This document shows positions 51,116 to 59,874 of a stretch of 64,000 bases of DNA, piece by piece (the stretch's first letter is position 1; the number at the start of each line of letters is the position of its first letter). The stretch is from an uncultured Chloroflexia bacterium. Its GTDB lineage: Bacteria > Chloroflexota > Limnocylindria > Limnocylindrales > CSP1-4. Position numbers and translations under genes: made by a program. The notes below the pieces were generated by a model. That model made no database searches. It was not told the DNA's origin and worked only from the letters and a program-made list of their open reading frames with translations. The stretch is taken from NCBI GenBank assembly GCA_963778815.1, contig CAVZVS010000003.1:320054-384053 (forward strand). Direction: 5' to 3'.

Positions 51116-53752
51116 CTACTGGCGTGCCCGAGACGGTCCGAAGCGGCCGAAGAGGTAGGCGCTGAGAAGGAGGACGATCCCGAGGGCCACGAGTGACAGG
51201 ACCCGGTAGGCGACGTCGAGCGAGGCGAGGTCGACCAGGAAGACCTTGACCGTGACCACGCCGAGCAGGGCCAGTCCAGCCTGGCGAGCCCGGGGGCGGT
51301 CCGCCCCAAGACCGACCGCGAAGGCTGCCGCGCCGAGGACAGCCCACAGGGCACTCAGCGCGACCTGACCCTGCTTGGTGAGCTCCTCATCACCGACCGC
51401 GCCGCCGACTCGGGCTTGGAAGATGTCGACCACGCCGACCGACAGGAGGTACAGCGAAGCGATCGCGGCCGCGCCGACCCGGATCGGCGTCCAGCGTTGA
51501 CTCGGGAGCAGGCGCGCACTGATCGCCAGAGCAGCCACGACGGAGCCAAGAGCGATGGTCCCTCCGTTCACGAAGGGCACGACCGCCCGCGTCCGGTCCG
51601 CGTCAACGACAAGCCGGTCGAGCGGAGCGAGCCCGATCAGGACGGCCGAAGCTCCGAGGACGATGAATGCATCCGAGGCGGCCAGCCACCAGGGCGCCTC
51701 GTCCCGGCCATCGGCCGCCACCGAGGCGTAGACCACGGCCAGACCCGACCAGACCACGACGACGGAGTCGAGAGGCAACTCGAAGATGACGCCGTAGGCG
51801 ACGACAGCGCCGGCGATGAGGCCGCCCAGCACGCGGATCACCGGCCGGCGGTCGATCGCGGCGATGGCCAGGGCGGACGTCGCAAGCACGACGATCGTCA
51901 GGCCACCCGCGTCGAGGAACGGGACCGTCGGCAGTTCGGCCGGGTACAGGTCGGTCAGCGGGAGTTCGACGAGGACGGCGTGGACGAGCGCCCCGGCGAA
52001 GGCGACCGCTCCGGCACACCAGAGCGACCACTCCAGCCAAGCGCCTGCCGGAGCGTCGTTCCGCGGCCACGGACGCCGGCCCGGCAGGACCCGACGGTCG
52101 ACGCCGATCGCGCCCACCCCGAGCAGGGCCCATCCGACGAGGACGACGATGGCGCTGACCTCGAACGGGAGGACGTAGACCGCTAGGAGGACCGCGACGG
52201 CCAAGGCAGGCGCGCGCTCCCGACGGACCGCCAGGAACCACCCGCCGACGATGAACGAGCCGATGACGAAGACCGCGGCGAGTCCCGCCGGATCGGTGAA
52301 CGGGACATCCTGACGGATCGCCCCTGACAGGTGGCCCGGCGGGAACTCGATGAGCAGAAGATGGACCACCGCCAGGCCCCACAGGGCCACGGCTGCGACG
52401 CCGCTGTAGAAGTGGTCTCGGCGCACCCGGATCCAGGCCAGCGCCAGCGCCTCGGCGGCCCATGCGATCGGGACGACCGGAGCGCCGAACTGGACGAGCA
52501 CGGCGATGGTCAAGGCAGCCAACCCGGTCCCGCTCACGAGCAGGCCGAACAGGTGGTCGTCGCCTTCTGCGCGGAGGAACCAGGCGCCGATCGCGAAATG
52601 CGCCAGTGCCAGTAACGCCAGGAACGCGCCCCGATAGATCTCGAATGGGCCGTCGAGCAGGGCGAACCCGGCCGCGACGGCGAACGCGGCATCGGCCACG
52701 ATGAGGATCGCAGTGGACGGCTGGAGCACGCGCCGGCGTCGGCGCATCTCCTCACCGGCCGCGGCGATGACGTTGATGAGCCAGAACAGGGCGAGGACCG
52801 TCAGCCCGATGGCGACATCGACGTCCGGGCTCGTCAGCCACTTGGCCAGCTGCGGGGCGCTCAGGACGAAGGCGATCAGAGGCAGCCGTGACCAGGACCG
52901 GAACAGGGCGACGATCGTCGTCCCGACGAGGGCGGTGCCCAGGAAGGCGACCGTGGCCAGATCCGGCGACGCACCCATCAACGGCGGGGCAGCCAGCACG
53001 GCCAGCAGTCCGAACCCAGCGACGGTCTGGGAGTTCGCCCGGATGGCGATCACAGCGGCGGCGATCGCCAGGAGGAGCGACCCGGCAAGGCCGATATCGA
53101 CCGGAATCAGGTCGTACAGGCGGGTTGCCGCGATCAGGGCGAGCGAGAGGATGCCCAGACCGACCGCCACGAGCACATGCGCGACCTCACGCTGACGCGC
53201 CTCCTCGAACAGCCAGGCGCCGAAGCCCAAGGCGAACAAGCCAACGGTCAGCCCGAGGAGGACCCTTGCCTCCGGGCCGATCCAGCCACGACTGAAGGCG
53301 AGGCTCAGGAAGAGGATCGCGCCGGCGATCAGGGCGATCCCGCCGACCCACGCAAGGACCCTCCCCGTCAGCCGCTCCTCGAGGTCGCTCAGGGCGACCC
53401 GAGTGATCAGAGGCCCGGCCGGCGGCTTCAACCGCCCGCCGGACCCAGCGTCGGGGCGAGTCGTCGGCGCGGCTGGGGTCGCTTGCGACGCCCACTGACC
53501 CCAGCCCGGGATCCATCCGGTGCTCGCCGCGGACAAGGGCGTGGGTGGCGGCAGCGGAGTGGGGGTCGCTTGCGCGGCTGCCAGCTCAGCGGCGACCCAT
53601 CGGGCGCCGTCTGCCTCCAAGGCTTCGTGCGCATCCAGACGCGCCTGAAGGCGGTCGAGCCGAAGTCGGAGCTCCTCCACCAGCTCGTCGAGTGGTCGAT
53701 CAGGCTGTCCTTGGCCCATCGGGCCCGGTCGCGCGTCCGTCATGTCCACCAC
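51116..53752 (-). CDS. DUF2339-like large polytopic membrane protein
   Basis: 878 aa. An N-terminal cytoplasmic coiled-coil (DELVEELRLRLDRLQARLDAHEALE) and a Pro-rich linker are followed by more than 20 predicted TM segments. The first is introduced by LEERLTGRVLAWVGGIALIAGAILFLSLAF, as in DUF2339 proteins. Confidence 0.65.
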   Translation of the reverse strand: MVDMTDARPGPMGQGQPDRPLDELVEELRLRLDRLQARLDAHEALEADGARWVAAELAAAQATPTPLPPPTPLSAASTGWIPGWGQWASQATPAAPTTRPDAGSGGRLKPPAGPLITRVALSDLEERLTGRVLAWVGGIALIAGAILFLSLAFSRGWIGPEARVLLGLTVGLFALGFGAWLFEEARQREVAHVLVAVGLGILSLALIAATRLYDLIPVDIGLAGSLLLAIAAAVIAIRANSQTVAGFGLLAVLAAPPLMGASPDLATVAFLGTALVGTTIVALFRSWSRLPLIAFVLSAPQLAKWLTSPDVDVAIGLTVLALFWLINVIAAAGEEMRRRRRVLQPSTAILIVADAAFAVAAGFALLDGPFEIYRGAFLALLALAHFAIGAWFLRAEGDDHLFGLLVSGTGLAALTIAVLVQFGAPVVPIAWAAEALALAWIRVRRDHFYSGVAAVALWGLAVVHLLLIEFPPGHLSGAIRQDVPFTDPAGLAAVFVIGSFIVGGWFLAVRRERAPALAVAVLLAVYVLPFEVSAIVVLVGWALLGVGAIGVDRRVLPGRRPWPRNDAPAGAWLEWSLWCAGAVAFAGALVHAVLVELPLTDLYPAELPTVPFLDAGGLTIVVLATSALAIAAIDRRPVIRVLGGLIAGAVVAYGVIFELPLDSVVVVWSGLAVVYASVAADGRDEAPWWLAASDAFIVLGASAVLIGLAPLDRLVVDADRTRAVVPFVNGGTIALGSVVAALAISARLLPSQRWTPIRVGAAAIASLYLLSVGVVDIFQARVGGAVGDEELTKQGQVALSALWAVLGAAAFAVGLGADRPRARQAGLALLGVVTVKVFLVDLASLDVAYRVLSLVALGIVLLLSAYLFGRFGPSRARQ

Positions 53753-53838
53753 CTCGTGGACGGCGGGCAGAGGCCATCCGACCGGATGACGCGATCACCG
53801 AGCTGTCGTTGCATCGCGCCGGATGCGCCGGGCCGGAG

Positions 53839-55695
53839 TCAGGCTTCCAGCGTGGCCTTGATCCGGGCCGCCAGGGCCGGTCCGATGCCGGGCACCGCAG
53901 CGATCTGCTCGACCGGGGCTTCGCGCACCCGTTTGGCCGAACCGAACACGCGCAGGAGGGCGCGCCGACGCTTGGGCCCCACCCCGGGCAGGTCGTCGAA
54001 GGCCGAGTGGACCGATGCCTTGGCCCGCAGGTCGCGGTGGTAGGTGATGGCGAAGCGGTGGGCCTCGTCGCGCAGGCGTTGGACGAGATAGAGGGCCTGC
54101 GAGGTCGCCGGCAGCAGGATCGGATCCGACCGGCCGGGCAGGAAAAGCTCCTCGCGCTCCTTGGCCAGACCGGCGAGGGGCAGATCTTCGAGACCCATCT
54201 CGGCCAGGACCTCGGCCGCGGCACTGACCTGACCCTTCCCCCCGTCGACGATGACCAGGTCGGGCAGCCGCCAGCGCAGCTCCTCCTCGCTGCCCTCCTC
54301 GCCGGACTTGGCCCGTCGGAACCGGCGGCGGAGGACCTCCTGGTGGCTGGCGAAGTCGTTGGGACCTTCGACGCTCTTGATCCGAAAGCGCCGGTAGTCG
54401 CCGGTCCGGGGCTTGCCGTCCTCGAACACGACCATGCTGGCGACCGACTGGGCCCCCTGGAAGTTGCTGATGTCGTAGCACTCGATGCGGACCGGAGGAT
54501 CGGCCAGGCCCAGCGCGTCGGCAAGCTCCCGCAGCGCCCCGAGGGTCTTGCCCTGGTCGGCCAGCCAGCGGGCCTGTTCACGGGCCAGGGTCTCGGTCGC
54601 GTTGCGCACGGCCAGGGCCATCAGCTCGCGCTTCTCGCCCCGCTGCGGGACCCGCAGATGCACCGGACCCTCGCGGCGTTCGGCCAGGAACGCTTCGAGG
54701 ATGGCCGTATCCTCGGCGCCGGGCAGGCTCGGGACGAGGACCTGGACGGGGATCGAGGTGGCCCGACTGTAGTACTGCTCGAGGAAGCCGCCGAGGACCT
54801 CGTCGTCGGGTGCCTCGCGAGCGGCGTCGAGCAGGAACACGTCCCGGCCGATCATCTTGCCGTCGCGGATCACGAACAGCTGGACGGCCGCCTGGTTGTC
54901 CTGGCGGGCCATCCCGATGAGGTCCAGCTCGGTCCGGGCGAAGGCGGCCATCTTCTGGCTCTCCATCGTCCGCTCGATGGCTCGGATCTTGTCGCGCAGG
55001 ACCGCCGCCCGCTCGTACTCGGTCCGTTCGGCGGCTGCGCCCATCTCGTTTTCCAGAGCCTTGACCAGGGTCTCCTGGCGGCCCTCCAGGAACAGCTCGA
55101 CCTGTTCGATGTCGGCCCGGTAGGCGTCCTTGGAGATGGCCTCGATGCAGGGGCCCTGGCAGCGCTTGATGTGGTAGAGGAGGCACGGGCGTTGGAGGGC
55201 CCGCTTGCCTTCCTTGATATCGATGGTGCAGGTCCGGAATGGGAACAGCCGTCGGATCAGGTTCATCGACTCGTCGACGCTGGTGGCCGAGGCGTACGGC
55301 CCGAAGTAGCGGCTGCCGTCGTTCGGCAGCTTGCGGGTCCGCTCGATCCGGGGGAAGTCGTCGCCCAGGGTGATCTTGATGTAGGGGTAGCTCTTGTCGT
55401 CCTTGAGCCGGACGTTGAAGCGCGGGGCGAAGCGCTTCACCAGGTTGGCCTCGAGCAGGAGCGCCTCGGAGACCGAGTCGGTCATCGTGTACTCGAGGTC
55501 GGCCACCCGGTCGATGACGCTCCGGATCCGATGGATCTCGCCACCGACGGCCTGCTTCTGCCAGTAGCTCCGGACCCGGCTGCGCAGGCTCTGGGCCTTG
55601 CCCACGTAGATGACCGCCCCGCGCGCGTCCTTGAACAGGTAGACGCCGGGTCGGTCGGGCAGCTTCTTGAGCGTCGCGGCAAGCTCGGGGGTCAC
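53839..55695 (-). CDS. uvrC: Excinuclease ABC subunit C
   Basis: From the GTG at 55695: LPDRPGVYLFKDARGAVIYVGKAQSLRSRV (GIY-YIG), a UVR domain, the RNase H-like endonuclease domain, and the C-terminal (HhH)2 VPGIGPALAARI. The Arg-rich 53 aa upstream in the ORF I discarded. Confidence 0.9.
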   Translation of the reverse strand: MTPELAATLKKLPDRPGVYLFKDARGAVIYVGKAQSLRSRVRSYWQKQAVGGEIHRIRSVIDRVADLEYTMTDSVSEALLLEANLVKRFAPRFNVRLKDDKSYPYIKITLGDDFPRIERTRKLPNDGSRYFGPYASATSVDESMNLIRRLFPFRTCTIDIKEGKRALQRPCLLYHIKRCQGPCIEAISKDAYRADIEQVELFLEGRQETLVKALENEMGAAAERTEYERAAVLRDKIRAIERTMESQKMAAFARTELDLIGMARQDNQAAVQLFVIRDGKMIGRDVFLLDAAREAPDDEVLGGFLEQYYSRATSIPVQVLVPSLPGAEDTAILEAFLAERREGPVHLRVPQRGEKRELMALAVRNATETLAREQARWLADQGKTLGALRELADALGLADPPVRIECYDISNFQGAQSVASMVVFEDGKPRTGDYRRFRIKSVEGPNDFASHQEVLRRRFRRAKSGEEGSEEELRWRLPDLVIVDGGKGQVSAAAEVLAEMGLEDLPLAGLAKEREELFLPGRSDPILLPATSQALYLVQRLRDEAHRFAITYHRDLRAKASVHSAFDDLPGVGPKRRRALLRVFGSAKRVREAPVEQIAAVPGIGPALAARIKATLEA

Positions 55696-55787
55696 GCTGC
55701 CGATCGTAGGCCAACCGCGCCCGACCGTCCCGGACCGACTCGGGCAGGTGACCGGCAGGCGAGCGCGGGGCGTGACCATGGGTCGGC

Positions 55788-57491
55788 ATGCAACTCCATC
55801 CAGAGGTCGTCGCCCGGCTCGACCGGCTGACGCCCGACCAACGTGCCGCGGCAACGGCCCCGCCGGGCCCCGTTCTCTGTCTTGCTCCGGCAGGCAGCGG
55901 AAAGACCACCACGCTGGTCGCCCGGGTCGCCTGGCTCGTCGCGACCGGGACGCCGGCCGAGCGGATCGCGGCGATCGCCTTCAACAAGCGCGCAGCGGAC
56001 GAGCTGGTCGAGCGGGTCGGGGCAGCCCTGGAACCCCTCGGGGTCACGCCGGGGACGGTCCGGATCCGCACGTTCCATGCCTTCGGTCGCGAGATCCTGC
56101 GAGCCGCCGGCCACTCGATCGAGCCGCTGGTGGACCGCGACGAGACGATCAGGGCGGCCATCCCTGCGGCGGACGCCACGGAGCGACGACGCCTGGACAG
56201 CGTCTTCTCGACGCTCAAGCTTGAGCATCAGGTCGACCCGGCCACCATCGCGGCCGACCCCGAGGCGGGTCCGCGCGCCCGTGCGTTCGTCGCCTACGAG
56301 GCGGCCATCCGAGCCACCGGCGGCCTGGATCTCGACGACCTGGTCGCCCGGCCGCTGGCCCTGCTCAGGGCCGACGCCGACTTGCTGGCCGGCTGGCGGA
56401 CCGCCTGCACTGAACTTCTCGTCGACGAGGTCCAGGACGTCGACCGCTCACAGCTCGAGCTGGCCCTGCTGCTGGCAGCACCGGCCAACCGCATCTTCCT
56501 GGTGGGTGACGACGACCAGTCGATCTACGGCTGGCGACTAGCTGACGTGCGCCGGGTCCTGGCCCTGGCCCAACGCCTGCCCGGCCTCCGTCGCCAGGAC
56601 CTGATCACCAACTTCCGCTGCCCAGCGCCCGTCGTCGAGCGTGCCGTTCGGCTGATCGAGCACAACGCGGAGCGGTTCGCGAAGGAGATCGTGGCCCGCC
56701 CGAACGCGACCGGTCGGATCGTCCTGGCGCCTGACGCGGCGGACGACGACGAACGGGTCCGGCATGTCATCGCCAGCTGGCCGCCGATCCATGAGGACGG
56801 AGACCCGGCAACGACCTGGGCGTTCCTGGCCCGAACGAACCGCGAGCTGCTGCCCGCTGCCGCCATCGCGCTCGAGCTGGGGATCCCATTCCGGGCCGAC
56901 CGCCTGGTCCTGCCCCTCGAGGACTCCCGCCTTGACGACATCCTGGACCGACTCGAGACGGCAGCTCAGGACGATCCAGGGGTGCCCCTCCTCGTGGCGA
57001 TCGGCGCGCTGCGCAGAATCGAGCCGCGCGAAGACGCCGACCCCGATCCGACCCCGGATGACCTCCCCTTCGACGACCTGATCGGGGCCATCCTGGCCTG
57101 GGCAGCGCCCGATCGGCAGGTGGGCCGCTTCGTGGCGGCCGTGGCGGAGGCGCGTTCCCGACTGGCCGAGCTCCGGCGCGACGATGCCCGCCTGGTCCTG
57201 GCCACGGCCCACGCGACCAAGGGCCTCGAGTTCGACCACGTCGCGGTCGTCGACATGGACGCCGGCCGCTTTCCCAGCCAGCGCACGCTCGACGACGCCG
57301 ACGATCCTGTCCGGGCGATGGAGGAGGAGCGCCGCCTGGCCTACGTCGCCTGGACCCGCGCCAAGCGCTCATTGACCCTCGTCTACGACCCGGCCGCGCC
57401 CTCCCGGTTCCTGCTCGAGGCGTTCGACCGCGCCGAGCTCGGTCTCGGAAACCGCACCGACGAGACTGCACGAAACCTCACAAAGATGTAG
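55788..57491 (+). CDS. UvrD/Rep/PcrA-family SF1 DNA helicase (short form)
   Basis: 567 aa with LCLAPAGSGKTTTLVARVAWL (Walker A), TFHAFG, LVDEVQDV, VGDDDQSIYGWR, NFRCPAPV, TAHATKGLEFDHV and LAYVAWTRAKRSL. Confidence 0.85.
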   Translation: MQLHPEVVARLDRLTPDQRAAATAPPGPVLCLAPAGSGKTTTLVARVAWLVATGTPAERIAAIAFNKRAADELVERVGAALEPLGVTPGTVRIRTFHAFGREILRAAGHSIEPLVDRDETIRAAIPAADATERRRLDSVFSTLKLEHQVDPATIAADPEAGPRARAFVAYEAAIRATGGLDLDDLVARPLALLRADADLLAGWRTACTELLVDEVQDVDRSQLELALLLAAPANRIFLVGDDDQSIYGWRLADVRRVLALAQRLPGLRRQDLITNFRCPAPVVERAVRLIEHNAERFAKEIVARPNATGRIVLAPDAADDDERVRHVIASWPPIHEDGDPATTWAFLARTNRELLPAAAIALELGIPFRADRLVLPLEDSRLDDILDRLETAAQDDPGVPLLVAIGALRRIEPREDADPDPTPDDLPFDDLIGAILAWAAPDRQVGRFVAAVAEARSRLAELRRDDARLVLATAHATKGLEFDHVAVVDMDAGRFPSQRTLDDADDPVRAMEEERRLAYVAWTRAKRSLTLVYDPAAPSRFLLEAFDRAELGLGNRTDETARNLTKM

Positions 57492-57723
57492 CAATCTTCA
57501 CAAGACCCCACTAGACTCCGGCGACGAGTGCGCGCATTCGACCAGAGGAGGGGGGCCTGGCCTAGATCGACCGAGCACCTTTCGTGCGCCCGGGTCGCCG
57601 TGCAGACGCCGGCAGCCAGGGGACAGATCCGTCGGCCATCGACGCGATCCATCGATCCAGCGTCTGAGCGCGTCCCCGTTGCTGCGAGCCCTCGCCGCCG
57701 GCGGCGCTTCGGAGGGAATCCCA

Positions 57724-58302
57724 TTGCGCAAGATCCTCGCATCCGTCTTCGTCATCGCCGCCGTCCTCGGGATCGGCGTGTTCGCGACCGGTGCCTACTT
57801 CAGTGACACGGTCACCCAGAGCAACCTGACCTTCACGACCGGGGGAGCCACCCTCAAGTACGGCTTCTGCCCCGGCATCTCCACCGACTGCTCCGGCACC
57901 GCGGCCACGCTCCACGACGTGAGCAGCTTCCCGTCGGCGACCGTCGGTCCCGGCATCACCAACTCCGACTGCCTGGTCTTCCAGAACACCGGAACCTACG
58001 CCCTCAACCTGACCGGTGGGATCAGCGCGTACACGCAATCCACCTCGGGCCTCAACAACGTCTTCCTGGTCAAGGCGGAGACCACCGACTCGTCGTGCAA
58101 CGCGGGTTCGGGAACCGTCATCTACGGATCGCAGAGTCTGCTCAGCGCGTTCAATAACAACCCGCAGGCCTTCGGGTCGCTCGCCCCGGGTGCCCGGATG
58201 TATGTCATCTGGTCGAACGCCTGGGACAGCACCGGCAACCAGAACGGCTTCCAGAACCAGACCATCACGGTCAACACGTACATGACCGGCACGACCCCGT
58301 AG
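57724..58302 (+). CDS. Secreted TasA/camelysin-like protein with a SipW-cognate-type signal peptide
   Basis: I chose the TTG at 57724, which has a GGAGGG 8 nt upstream and is in frame with track ORF 57679..58302. The product is RKILASVFVIAAVLGIGVFATGAYFSDTVTQSNLTFTTGGA..., about 190 aa, rich in T/S/G/N and poor in charged residues. It is followed by a SipW-type peptidase gene. Confidence 0.7.
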   Translation: MRKILASVFVIAAVLGIGVFATGAYFSDTVTQSNLTFTTGGATLKYGFCPGISTDCSGTAATLHDVSSFPSATVGPGITNSDCLVFQNTGTYALNLTGGISAYTQSTSGLNNVFLVKAETTDSSCNAGSGTVIYGSQSLLSAFNNNPQAFGSLAPGARMYVIWSNAWDSTGNQNGFQNQTITVNTYMTGTTP

Positions 58303-58385
58303 TCGATCTGCGCAGGGAGAGCGACGTGGTGCTCCGGATGTCGGACGCACCACGTCGCACCCGAGCGTGATCAGATGAACTCGCG

Positions 58386-58904
58386 ATGACGAGGGTGTCG
58401 ACCTTGGTTCGGCTCGCCCTGCAGGCGATGCTCTGGATCGTTTTGCTCGGTTTCCTCGTGCTGGTCGGGCTGTCGCGGTTCACCCCATACGAAGCCCTGG
58501 TCGTCCGGAGCGGGAGCATGGAACCGACCATCGCCACCGGCGGCATCGTCCTCGTCGATCGGGGCGCGCGCGCGCCGACGGTCGGCTCGGTGGCCTCGTT
58601 CCGCGATCCGGACGGCAGCCTGGTCACCCACCGGGTCGTCGGCCTCGACGGTTCCCGCTACATCACCAAGGGCGACGCCAACACGACCGTCGACGACCTC
58701 CACCGCTCAGTCGCGGCGACCTACGGCACGGTCCTCCTGTCCGTCCCGTTGCTGGGCTACGCCATCCACCTGCTGCAACAGCCGGCGGCGTTCCTCCTTC
58801 TGCTCCTGGGGACCGGCGGGTTCCTGATCGTCGATGCACTCCGGACGATCGCCCAGGAGCTGGGTCGGATGCGCCGCGAGCGGAGGCGGGTCGATGCGCC
58901 CTGA
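58386..58904 (+). CDS. Signal peptidase I, SipW / ER-archaeal (S26B) type
   Basis: 172 aa. An N-terminal TM is followed by VVRSGSMEPTIATGGIVLVD (catalytic Ser box), THRVV (His box), TKGDANTTVD and a C-terminal TM anchor, as in Bacillus SipW. Confidence 0.8.
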   Translation: MTRVSTLVRLALQAMLWIVLLGFLVLVGLSRFTPYEALVVRSGSMEPTIATGGIVLVDRGARAPTVGSVASFRDPDGSLVTHRVVGLDGSRYITKGDANTTVDDLHRSVAATYGTVLLSVPLLGYAIHLLQQPAAFLLLLLGTGGFLIVDALRTIAQELGRMRRERRRVDAP

Positions 58905-59874
58905 CCGCCGACTGGCCGGCCCGATCCTCGTTACGGTCCTCGCCCTTCTGGCGGTCGGCTTCGGGTCGACCACAGCCGCCTTCACGGACAAGACCACGCT
59001 CGCCAGGGGCTACGTCGTGCAGATCGGAACGCGACCACCGATCCCGCCGACGCCCATCGAATGCGCCCGGTTGACCTTCGCCCAGGTCATCGTCGGGACG
59101 CCCGGCAACGACCGATTGGTTGCCGGGGATCACGGCGCCTTGATCTTCGGGCTCGGCGGCAATGACACGATCACCGGCGGGGACGGCAAGGACTGTCTCG
59201 TCGGCGGAGACGGCACGGACCTGCTGATCGGTGACGACAACGCGGACGTGCTGCTCGGCGGCGCCGGCAACGACGTCCTGTATGGGAACCGAGTGAGCGG
59301 GCACGACAGCCGTGGAGACGACGTGGCCGCCGGCCTGACCGGCAACGAACGGCGCCACGACGGCCGGCCGCGCGATCTGCTCAACGGCGGTGACGGGTTC
59401 GATGCCTGCCACGGCACCCGGAGCGACACCTACATCAGCTGCGAACGGATCGCCTGTTCCCAGACCATCCAGATCCTGCCGGGGGTGTCGGCCTTCCCAG
59501 GCCCGGCGCCATTCGCCACGCCCACCTGGACTGGTCCGCCGCGCCCAGGGCGACCGAACACGGGACCGCCCGACGAGGAGCCGATGCCGCCACCCGGTCC
59601 CAGCGGGGCGCCCACGCCTGGTCCGACGTACGAGCCACCGCCGACACCGACGCCGACGCCGGGTCCGACCGCCGAGCCGACGAGCGAGCCGACGAGCGAG
59701 CCGACCCCGGACCCGACCGCCGAGCCGACGCCCGCGCCGACCGCCGAGCCGACGCCCGCGCCGACCGCCGAGCCGACGCCGGACCCGACGCCTGAGCCGA
59801 CCCCGGAACCCACTCCTGAGCCGACGCCCGATCCGACGCCGGAACCGACCGCCGAGCCCACGCCCGGACCTTGA
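58894..59874 (+). CDS. Secreted calcium-binding (RTX-type repeat) protein with a SipW-cognate-type signal and a Pro/Thr/Glu-rich C-terminal repeat
   Basis: The ATG at 58894 has a GGAGG 7 nt upstream and overlaps the peptidase stop by 11 nt. The product starts MRPDRRLAGPILVTVLALLAVGFGSTTAAFTDKTT. It then has GNDRLVAGD...GGNDTITGGDGKDCLVGGDGTDLLIGDDNADVLLGGAGNDVLYGN, and finally (EPTP/AEPT)n over about 90 aa. Confidence 0.75.
   Translation: MRPDRRLAGPILVTVLALLAVGFGSTTAAFTDKTTLARGYVVQIGTRPPIPPTPIECARLTFAQVIVGTPGNDRLVAGDHGALIFGLGGNDTITGGDGKDCLVGGDGTDLLIGDDNADVLLGGAGNDVLYGNRVSGHDSRGDDVAAGLTGNERRHDGRPRDLLNGGDGFDACHGTRSDTYISCERIACSQTIQILPGVSAFPGPAPFATPTWTGPPRPGRPNTGPPDEEPMPPPGPSGAPTPGPTYEPPPTPTPTPGPTAEPTSEPTSEPTPDPTAEPTPAPTAEPTPAPTAEPTPDPTPEPTPEPTPEPTPDPTPEPTAEPTPGP
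59713..59784 (+). repeat. 24-bp in-frame tandem repeat (three units, the first two identical) inside the PT-rich tail
   Basis: CCGACCGCCGAGCCGACGCCCGCG occurs at 59713..59736 and again at 59737..59760. A third unit at 59761..59784 differs only in its last bases. The repeat is embedded in a longer degenerate EPTP-coding repeat spanning about 59640..59870. Confidence 0.85.

Noticed and set aside
53545-56218. A 761-aa plus-strand ORF (53545..55830) and a 546-aa minus-strand ORF (54578..56218) around uvrC.
   Set aside because: These are the antisense frame and an alternate frame of uvrC and the helicase 5' end. uvrC (GIY-YIG, UVR, HhH) explains the region, and these translations are Arg/Pro-rich junk.
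59430-59861. A 143-aa minus-strand ORF encoding (GSGV)n repeats.
   Set aside because: It is the reverse-complement reading of the EPTP-coding tandem repeat in the RTX protein tail, so it is an automatic by-product of the repeat.
59640-59870. A direct-repeat region checked as a possible CRISPR array or minisatellite outside genes.
   Set aside because: The repeats are contiguous with no spacers. They are in frame and code for EPTP-type peptide repeats inside a CDS, so this is not a CRISPR array.
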